From Utricularia gibba (taxonomy: Eukaryota; Plantae; Magnoliophyta), in assembly GCA_002189035.1 (NCBI GenBank), contig NEEC01000241.1, positions 1 through 23,994 on the forward strand: a stretch of DNA of 23,994 bases. Direction: 5' to 3'. The notes beneath the pieces are model-generated. The model did not search any database. It was given only the letters and a program-made list of their open reading frames with translations, and had not been told where the DNA came from. The position numbers were made by a program, and so were the translations under genes. This document shows, one piece after another, positions 15,080-23,994 of this stretch. Each line of letters opens with the position of its first letter. Position 1 is the stretch's first letter.

Positions 15080-15384
15080 CATCCTAACTTCAATAAGTGC
15101 AGCACGATTTTCGTCGAGTAGGACCCGATGTGGCAAAGGAACCTTGGGTCAGAACGAAGTTCACAACGACATCACCCGCCCAAAAACGACAAGCTTTTCC
15201 TTGAGAAACCATGTAGGCAGCCAATTAAAACCCAACGTTAAGAAATGCATCAAGTTTTTTGCCGAGCCACAAATGACTATGGGCCCGAGCTCGACTCGAC
15301 CTCCTTCTCGATACCGTTGCCCCACGAGAGCGCCTCCTCAGATATAAAGCATGCGGTTGAGAAAACCATTTTGGGTGCTCATGA
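15080..15384 (+). repeat. Representative short (S) unit, 305 bp
   Basis: Reads ...GGCAAAGGA|ACCTTGGG... Hand-counted composition is A91 C83 G65 T66. It has single HindIII, AclI, NsiI, ApaI, SacI and SphI sites, plus a BspHI site (TCATGA) at the unit end. Confidence 0.97.
15201..15356 (+). repeat. Internal subunit A (156 bp) of the satellite unit
   Basis: Begins TTGAGAAACCAT. 15201-15266 aligns to 15357-15423 with 47/67 identical columns and one gap (hand alignment). Confidence 0.85.
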
Positions 15385-15515
15385 CATCCTAACTTCAATA
15401 AGTGCAGCACGATTTTCGTCGAGTAGGACCCGATGTGGCAAAGGAGTCAGACCGAACCTTGGGTCAGAACGAAGTTCACAACGACATCACCCGCCCAAAA
15501 ACGACAAGCTTTTCC
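15357..15515 (+). repeat. Internal subunit B (159 bp in L, 149 bp in S) of the satellite unit
   Basis: Begins TTGAGAAAACCAT and is paralogous to subunit A. Similarity is weaker but continues in the distal part (ACGAGAGCGCCTCCTCAGATA vs ACGACATCACCCGCCCAAAAA, 13/21 identical). Confidence 0.85.
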
Positions 15516-17572
15516 TTGAGAAACCATGTAGGCAGCCAATTAAAACCCAACGTTAAGAAATGCATCAAGTTTTTTGCCGAGCACAAATGACTATGGGCCC
15601 GAGCTCGACTCGACCTCCTTCTCGATACCGTTGCCCACGAGAGCGCCTCCTCAGATATAAAGCATGCGGTTGAGAAAACCATTTTGGGTGCTTATGACAT
15701 CCTAACTTCAATAAGTGCATCACGATTTTCGTCGAGTAGGACCCGATGTGGCAAAGGAGTCAGACCGAACCTTGGGTCAGAACGAAGTTCACAACGACAT
15801 CACCGCCCAAAACGACAAGCTTTTCCTTGAGAAACCATGTAGGCAGCCAATTAAAACCCAACGTTAGAAATGCATCAAGTTTTTTGCCGAGCACAAATGA
15901 CTATGGGCCCGAGCTCGACTCGACCTCCTTCTCGATACCGTTGCCCCACGAGAGCGCCTCCTCAGATATAAAGCATGCGGTTGAGAAAACCATTTTGGGT
16001 GCTCATGACATCCTAACTTCAATAAGTGCAGCACGATTTTCGTCGAGTAGGACCCGATGTGGCAAAGGAACCTTGGGTCAGAACGAAGTTCACAACGACA
16101 TCACCCGCCCAAAAACGACAAGCTTTTCCTTGAGAAACCATGTAGGCAGCCAATTAAAACCCAACGTTAAGAAATGCATCAAGTTTTTTGCCGAGCTACA
16201 AATGACTATGGGCCCGAGCTCGACTCGACCTCCTTCTCGATACCGTTGCCCCACGAGAGCGCCTCCTCACAAGCCATTTTCCTGACATGAGCAAACCCGA
16301 TGTGCAAAGGAACCTTGGGTCAGAACGAAGTTCACAACGACATCACCCGCCCAAAAACGACAAGCTTTTCCTTGAGAAACCATGTAGGCAGCCAATTAAA
16401 ACCCAACGTTAAGAAATGCATCAAGTTTTTTGCCGAGCCACAAATGACTATGGGCCCGAGCTCGACTCGACCTCCTTCTCGATACCGTTGCCCCACGAGA
16501 GCGCCTCCTCAGATATAAAGCATGCGGTTGAGAAAACCATTTTGGGTGCTCATGACATCCTAACTTCAATAAGTGCAGCACGATTTCGTCGAGTAGGACC
16601 CGATGTGGCAAAGGAGTCAGACCGAACCTTGGGTCAGAACGAAGTTCACAACGACATCACCGCCCAAAAACGACAAGCTTTTCCTTGAGAAACCATGTAG
16701 GCAGCCAATTAAAACCCAACGTTAAGAAATGCATCAAGTTTTTTGCCGAGCACAAATGACTATGGGCCCGAGCTCGACTCGACCTCCTTCTCGATACCGT
16801 TGCCCCACGAGAGCGCCTCCTCAGATATAAAGCATGCGGTTGAGAAAACCATTTTGGGTGCTCATGACATCCTAACTTCAATAAGTGCAGCACGATTTTC
16901 GTCGAGTAGGACCCGATGTGGCAAAGGAGTCAGACTTGAGAAACCATTGGGTAGGCAGCCAATTAAAACCCAACGTTAAGAAATGCATCAAGTTTTTTGC
17001 CGAGCCACAAATGACTATGGGCCCGAGCTCGACTCGACCTCCTTCTCGATACCGTTGCCCCACGAGAGCGCCTCCTCAGATATAAAGCATGCGGTTGAGA
17101 AAACCATTTTGGGTGCTCATGACATCCTAACTTCAATAAGTGCAGCACGATTTTCGTCGAGTAGGACCCGATGTGGCAAAGGAGTCAGACCGAATTGGGT
17201 CAGAAAAGTTCACAACGACATCGTTAGAAACCATGTAGGCAATGCATCAAGTTTTTTTGCCGAGCCACAAATGACTATGGGCCCGAGCTCGACTCGACCT
17301 CCTTCTCGATACCGTTGCCCCACGAGAGCGCCTCCTCAGATATAAAGCATGCGGTTGAGAAAACCATTTTGGGTGCTCATGACATCCTAACTTCAATAAG
17401 TGCAGCACGATTTTCGTCGAGTAGGACCCGATGTGGCAAAGGAAGACCCTTGGGTCAGAACGAAGTTCACAACGACATCACCCGCCCAAAAACGACAAGC
17501 TTTTCCTTGAGAAACCATGTAGGCAGCCAATTAAAACCCAACGTTAAGAAATGCATCAAGTTTTTTGCCGAG

Positions 17573-18434
17573 GCAGCCCCAACGTTAAGAAATGCAAATG
17601 ACTATGGGCAAAGGAACCGGGTCAGAACGAGCTCAAGTTTTTTGCCGAGCACAAATGACTCGACGCCTCCTCAGATATAAAGCATGCGGTTGAGAAAACC
17701 ATTTTGGGTGCCTTCCCGATGTGGCAAAGGAGTCAGATTCACCGTTGCATCAAGTTTTTTGCCGAGCCACAAATGACTATGGGCCCGAGCTCGACTCGAC
17801 CCTCTCGATACCGTTGCCCCACGAGAGCGCCTCCTCAGATAAAGCATGCGGTTGAGAAAACCATTTTGGGTGCTCATGACATCCTAACTTCAATAAGTGC
17901 AGCACGATTTTCGTCGAGGACCGATGTGGCAAAGGAAGACCGAACCTAGGACCCGATGATACCGTTGCCCACGAGAGCGCCTCCTCAGATATAAAGCATG
18001 CGGTTGAGAAAACCATTTTGGCAAGTAGGACCCGATGTGGCAAAGAACCTTGGGTCAGAACGAAGTTCACAACGAAAAAACGACAAGCTTTTCCTTGGGC
18101 AGCCAATTAAAACCCAACGTTAAGAAATGCATCAAGTTTTTTGCCGAGCCACAAATGACTATGGGCCCGAGCTCGACTCGACCTCCTTCTCGATACCGTC
18201 AGAACCCGAAGTTCACATCAAGTTTTTTGCCGAGCTACAAATGACCGTTGCCCCACGAGAGCGCCTCCTCAGATATAAAGATGACATCCTAACTTCAATA
18301 AGTGCAGCACGATTTTCCATGTGGCAAAGGAACCTTGGGTCAGAACGAAGTTCACAACGAAGAAACCATGTAAACGACCTCCTTCTCGAACCGTTGCTTC
18401 ATGACATCCTAACTTCAATAAGTGCAGCACGATT
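17573..18434 (+). repeat. Collapsed/scrambled patch of satellite fragments
   Basis: Short pieces of the consensus are joined out of normal spacing, all in the same orientation, with no foreign DNA. Regular units resume at 18435 (CCTTGAGAAACC). Confidence 0.9.
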
Positions 18435-21400
18435 CCTTGAGAAACCATGTAGGCAGCCAATTAAAACCCAACGTTAAGAAATGCATCAAGTTTTTTGCCG
18501 AGCCACAAATGACTATGGGCCCGAGCTCGACTCGACCTCCTTCTCGATACCGTTGCCCACGAGAGCGCCTCCTCAGATATAAAGCATGCGGTTGAGAAAA
18601 CCATTTTGGGTGCTCATGACATCCTAACTTCAATAAGTGCATCACGATTTTCGTCGAGTAGGACCCGATGTGGCAAAGAACCTTGGGTCAGAACGAAGTT
18701 CACAACGACATCACCGCCCAAAAACGACAAGCTTTTCCTTGAGAAACCATGTAGGCAGCCAATTAAAACCCAACGTTAAGAAATGCATCAAGTTTTTTGC
18801 CGAGCACAAATGACTATGGGCCCGAGCTCGACTCGACCTCCTTCTCGATACCGTTGCCCCAGAGAGCGCCTCCTCAGATATAAAGCATGCGGTTGAGAAA
18901 ACCATTTTGGTGCTCATGACATCCTAACTTCAATAAGTGCAGCACGATTTTCGTCGAGTAGGACCCGATGTGGCAAAGGAGTCAGACCTTGGGTCAGAAC
19001 GAAGTTCACAACGACATCACCCGCCCAAAAACGACAAGCTTTTCCTTGAGAAACCATGTAGGCAGCCAATTAAAACCCAACGTTAAGAAATGCATCAAGT
19101 TTTTTGCCGAGCACAAATGACTATGGGCCCGAGCTCGACTCGACCTCCTTCTCGATACCGTTGCCCCACGAGAGCGCTCCTCAGATATAAAGCATGCGGT
19201 TGAGAAAACCATTTTGGGTGCTCATGACATCCTAACTTCAATAAGTGCAGCACGATTTTCGTCGAGTAGGACCCGATGTGGCAAAGAACCTTGGGTCAGA
19301 ACGAAGTTCACAACGACATCACCCGCCCAAAAACGACAAGCTTTTCCTTGAGAAACCATGTAGGCAGCCAATTAAAACCCAACGTTAAGAAATGCATCAA
19401 GTTTTTTGCCGAGCCACAAATGACTATGGGCCCGAGCTCGACTCGACCTCCTTCTCGATACCGTTGCCCCAGAGCGCCTCTCAGATATAAAGCATGCGGT
19501 TGAGAAAACCATTTTGGGTGCTCATGACATCCTAACTTCAATAAGTGCAGCACGATTTTCGTCGAGTAGGACCCGATGTGGCAAAGAGAACCTTGGGTCA
19601 GAACGAAGTTCACAACGACATCACCGCCAAAAACGACAAGCTTTTCCTTGAGAAACCATGTAGGCAGCCAATTAAAACCCAACGTTAAGAAATGCATCAA
19701 GTTTTTTGCCGAGCACAAATGACTATGGGCCCGAGCTCGACTCGACCTCCTTCTCGATACCGTTGCCCCACGAGAGCGCCTCCTCAGATATAAAGCATGC
19801 GGTTGAGAAAACCATTTTGGGTGCTCATGACATCCTAACTTCAATAAGTGCAGCACGATTTTCGTCGAGTAGGACCCGATGTGGCAAAGAACCTTGGGTC
19901 AGAACGAAGTTCACAACGACATCACCCGCCCAAAAACGACAAGCTTTTCCTTGAGAAACCATGTAGGCAGCCAATTAAAACCCAACGTTAAGAAATGCAT
20001 CAAGTTTTTTGCCGAGCACAAATGACTATGGCCCGAGCTCGACTCGACCTCCTTCTCGATACCGTTGCCCCACGAGAGCGCCTCCTCAGATATAAAGCAT
20101 GCGGTTGAGAAAACCATTTTGGGTGCTCATGACATCCTAACTTCAATAAGTGCAGCACGATTTTCGTCGAGTAGGACCCGATGTGGCAAAGGAGTCAGGA
20201 ACCTTGGTCAGAACGAAGTTCACAACGACATCACCCGCCCAAAAACGACAAGCTTTTCCTTGAGAAACCATGTAGGCAGCCAATTAAAACCCAACGTTAA
20301 GAAATGCATCAAGTTTTTTGCCGAGCCACAAATGACTATGGCCCGAGCTCGACTCGACCCTCCTCTCGATACCGTTGCCCCACGAGAGCGCCTCCTCAGA
20401 TATAAAGCATGCGGTTGAGAAAACCATTTTGGGTGCTCATGACATCCTAACTTCAATAAGTGCAGCACGATTTCGTCGAGTAGGACCCGATGTGGCAAAG
20501 GAGTCAGACCGAACCTTGGTCAGAACGAAGTTCACAACGACATCACCCGCCCAAAAACGACAAGCTTTTCCTTGAGAAACCATGTAGGCAGCCAATTAAA
20601 AACCCAACGTTAAGAAATGCATCAAGTTTTTTGCCGAGCCACAAATGACTATGGGCCCGAGCTCGACTCGACCTCCTTCTCGATACCGTTGCCCCACGAG
20701 AGCGCCTCCTCAGATATAAAGCATGCGGTTGAGAAAACCATTTTGGGTGCTCATGACATCCTAACTTCAATAAGTGCAGCACGATTTTCGTCGAGTAGGA
20801 CCCGATGTGGCAAAGGAACCTTGGGTCAGAACGAAGTTCACAACGACATCACCCGCCCAAAAACGACAAGCTTTTCCTTGAGAAACCATGTAGGCAGCCA
20901 ATTAAAACCCAACGTTAAGAAATGCATCAAGTTTTTTGCCGAGCCACAAATGACTATGGGCCCGAGCTCGACTCGACCTCCTTCTCGATACCGTTGCCCA
21001 CGAGAGCCTCCTCAGATATAAAGCATGCGGTTGAGAAAACCATTTTGGGTGCTCATGACATCCTAACTTCAATAAGTGCAGCACGATTTTCGTCGAGTAG
21101 GACCCGATGTGGCAAAGGAGTCAGACCGAACCTTGGGTCAGAACGAAGTTCACAACGACATCACCCGCCCAAAAACGACAAGCTTTTCCTTGAGAAACCA
21201 TGTAGGCAGCCAATTAAAACCCAACGTTAAGAAATGCATCAAGTTTTTTGCCGAGCCACAAATGACTATGGGCCCGAGCTCGACTCGACCTCCTTCTCGA
21301 TACCGTTGCCCCACGAGAGCGCCTCCTCAGATATAAAGCATGCGGTTGAGAAAACCATTTTGGGTGCTCATGACATCCTAACTTCAATAAGTGCAGCACG

Positions 21401-21672
21401 ATTTTCGTCGAGTAGGACCCGATGTGGAAAACCTTGGGTCAGAACGAAGTTCACAACGACATCACCGCCCAAAAACGACAAGCTTTTCCTTGAGAAACCA
21501 TGTAGGCAGCCAATTAAAACCCAACGTTAAGAAATGCATCAAGTTTTTTGCCGAGCCACAAATGACTATGGCCCGAGCTCGACTCGACCTCCTTCTCGAT
21601 ACCGTTGCCCCACGAGAGCGCCTCCTCAGATATAAAGCATGCGGTTGAGAAAACCATTTTGGGTGCTCATGA

Positions 21673-23512
21673 CATCCTAACTTCAATAAGTGCAGCACGA
21701 TTTTCGTCGAGTAGGACCCGATGTGGCAAAGGAACCTTGGGTCAGAACGAAGTTCACAACGACATCACCCGCCCAAAAACGACAAGCTTTTCCTTGAGAA
21801 ACCATGTAGGCAGCCAATTAAAACCCAACGTTAAGAAATGCATCAAGTTTTTTGCCGAGCACAAATGACTATGGGCCCGAGCTCGACTCGACCTCCTTCT
21901 CGATACCGTTGCCCCACGAGAGCGCCTCCTCAGATATAAAGCATGCGGTTGAGAAAACCATTTTGGTGCTTATGACATCCTAACTTCAATAAGTGCATCA
22001 CGATTTTCGTCGAGTAGGACCCGATGTGGCAAAGGAGTCAGACCGAACCTTGGGTCAGAACGAAGTTCACAACGACATCACCCGCCCAAAAACGACAAGC
22101 TTTTCCTTGAGAAACCATGTAGGCAGCCAATTAAAAACCCAACGTTAAGAAATGCATCAAGTTTTTTGCCGAGCCACAAATGACTATGGGCCCGAGCTCG
22201 ACTCGACCTCCTTCTCGATACCGTTGCCCCACGAGAGCCTCCTCAGATATAAAGCATGCGGTTGAGAAAACCATTTTGGTGCTCATGACATCCTAACTTC
22301 AATAAGTGCAGCACGATTTTCGTCGAGTAGGACCCGATGTGGCAAAAGGAACCTTGGTCAGAACGAAGTTCACAACGACATCACCGCCCAAAAACGACAA
22401 GCTTTTCCTTGAGAAACCATGTAGGCAGCCAATTAAAACCCAACGTTAAGAAATGCATCAAGTTTTTTGCCGAGCTACAAATGACTATGGGCCCGAGCTC
22501 GACTCGACCTCCTTCTCGATACCGTTGCCCACGAGAGAGCCTCCTCAGATATAAAGCATGCGGTTGAGAAAACCTTTGGGTGCTCATGACATCCTAACTT
22601 CAATAAGTGCATCACGATTTTCGTCGAGTAGGACCCGATGTGGCAAGGAGTCAGACCGAACCTTGGTCAGAACGAAGTTCACAACGACATCACCCGCCCA
22701 AAAACGACAAGCTTTTCTTGAGAAACCATGTAGGCAGCCAATTAAAACCCAACGTTAAGAAATGCATCAAGTTTTTTGCCGAGCCACAAATGACTATGGG
22801 CCCAGCTCGACTCGACCTCCTTCTCGATACCGTTGCCCCACGAGAGCGCCTCCTCAGATATAAAGCATGCGGTTGAGAAAACCATTTTGGGTGCTCATGA
22901 CATCCTAACTTCAATAAGTGCAGCACGATTTTCGTCGAGTAGGACCCGATGTGGCAAAGGAACCTTGGGTCAGAACGAAGTTCACAACGACATCACCCGC
23001 CCAAAAACGACAAGCTTTTCCTTGAGAAACCATGTAGGCAGCCAATTAAAACCCAACGTTAAGAAATGCATCAAGTTTTTTGCCGAGCTACAAATGACTA
23101 TGGGCCGAGCTCGACTCGACCTCCTTCTCGATACCGTTGCCCCACGAGAGCGCCTCCTCAGATATAAAGCATGCGGTTGAAACCATTTTGGTGCTTATGA
23201 CATCCTAACTTCAATAAGTGCATCACGATTTTCGTCGAGTAGGACCCGATGTGCAAAGGAGTCAGACCGAACCTTGGGTCAGAACGAAGTTCACAACGAC
23301 ATCACCGCCCAAAAACGACAAGCTTTTCCTTGAGAAACCATGTAGGCAGCCAATTAAAACCCAACGTTAAGAAATGCATCAAGTTTTTTGCCGAGCCACA
23401 AATGACTATGGGCCCGAGCTCGACTCGACCTCCTTCTCGATACCGTTGCCCCACGAGAGCGCCTCCTCAGATATAAAGCATGCGGTTGAGAAAACCATTT
23501 TGGTGCTCATGA
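21673..23512 (+). repeat. Three copies of an S+L dimer (~612-615 bp period), an incipient higher-order repeat
   Basis: Units at 21673, 22289 and 22901 are S with GTGCAGCAC. Units at 21976, 22590 and 23201 are L with GTGCATCAC and GAGCCAC. Confidence 0.6.
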
Positions 23513-23994
23513 CATCCTAACTTCAATAAGTGCAGCACGATTTTCGTCGAGTAGGACCCGATGTGGCAAAGGAACCTTGGGTCAGAACGAATTCACAACG
23601 ACATCACCCGCCCAAAAACGACAAGCTTTTCCTTGAGAAACCATGTAGGCAGCCAATTAAAACCCAACGTTAAGAAATGCATCAAGTTTTTTGCCGAGCC
23701 ACAAATGACTATGGGCCGAGCTCGACTCGACCTCCTTCTCGATACCGTTGCCCCACGAGAGCGCCTCCTCAGATATAAAGCATGCGGTTGAGAAAACCAT
23801 TTTGGGTGCTATGACATCCTAACTTCAATAAGTGCAGCACGATTTTCGTCGAGTAGGACCCGATGTGGCAAAAGGAACCTTGGGTCAGAACGAAGTTCAC
23901 AACGACATCACCCGCCCAAAAACGACAAGCTTTTCCTTGAGAAACCATGTAGCAGCCAATTAAAACCCAACGTTAAGAAATGCATCAAGTTTTT

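Larger units (their letters stand above)
1..23994 (+). repeat. Tandem satellite DNA array, 305/315-bp unit, ~76 near-complete units plus fragments, running off both window edges
   Basis: The motif CATCCTAACTTCAATAAGTGCA recurs at 1, 303, 618, 920, 1226, 1527 ... 12918, 13223, 13538 ... 23201, 23513, 23815, about 300-316 bp apart, in one orientation, with no intervening unique sequence. Confidence 0.99.

Noticed and set aside
15108-15125. CENP-B box-like TTCG motif
   Set aside because: TTCGTCGAGTAGGAC lacks the required A and CGGG positions of TTCGNNNNANNCGGG; no match on the reverse strand either.
15148-15162. 5S rDNA array (TCAGAAC resembles part of plant 5S)
   Set aside because: The match is only 7 bp; the rest of the 120-bp 5S gene is absent.
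15181-15275. Phased A-tracts implying intrinsic curvature
   Set aside because: Tract spacings of about 12, 10, 20, 17, 13 and 15 bp do not follow a 10.5-bp phase.
15342-15349. TATAAA as a promoter
   Set aside because: A single hexamer per unit with no downstream gene or other support.
15080-15384. Apparent abundance of palindromes (HindIII, AclI, NsiI, ApaI, SacI within CGAGCTCG, SphI, BspHI)
   Set aside because: Seven 6-bp palindromes against ~4.8 expected per 305 bp is not a convincing enrichment.
15368-15393. Degenerate telomere motifs (TTTTGGG, CCTAAC)
   Set aside because: No exact TTTAGGG or TTAGGG and no tandem copies; such short near-matches are expected by chance.
190-23791. All listed ORFs (60-219 aa), e.g. 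MHQVFCRATNDYGPELD..., MLHLLKLGCHEHPKW...
   Set aside because: They are the same few peptides repeated in every unit on both strands. Their lengths depend on homopolymer indels and L/S phase, and they contain no recognisable domain. They are by-products of non-coding repeats.
1-23994. CRISPR array
   Set aside because: Units are ~300 bp and contiguous, with no unique spacers and no cas genes.
1-23994. Rolling-circle concatemer of a single ~310-nt circle (viroid-like RNA or eccDNA)
   Set aside because: Interleaved L/S forms with linked and regionally clustered alleles cannot come from one template. I also found no hammerhead core (CTGATGA) on either strand and no evident rod-like self-complementarity by eye.

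Overview
The whole window is one head-to-tail tandem satellite array on a single orientation: about 76 near-complete units plus a patch of truncated fragments. There are no genes, RNA genes, transposons, CRISPR spacers or unique sequence. The unit occurs as a 305-bp short (S) form and a 315-bp long (L) form, differing by the 10-mer GTCAGACCGA. By hand count there are 34 S, 32 L and 10 intermediate units; the S consensus is 48.5% GC. All supplied ORFs are by-products of the repeat. Main observations: (1) each unit is a cryptic diverged dimer of ~156-bp and ~159-bp subunits, which suggests L is ancestral; (2) a linked multi-site haplotype crosses the unit boundary; (3) there is an incipient S/L dimeric higher-order repeat near the right end; (4) alleles are regionally clustered; (5) a collapsed zone at 16.3-18.4 kb has microhomology junctions. 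Frequent homopolymer indels suggest noisy long-read or low-coverage data, so some fine structure may be artefact. The size and two-subunit architecture resemble plant subtelomeric/centromeric satellites, but I cannot confirm the family from sequence alone.
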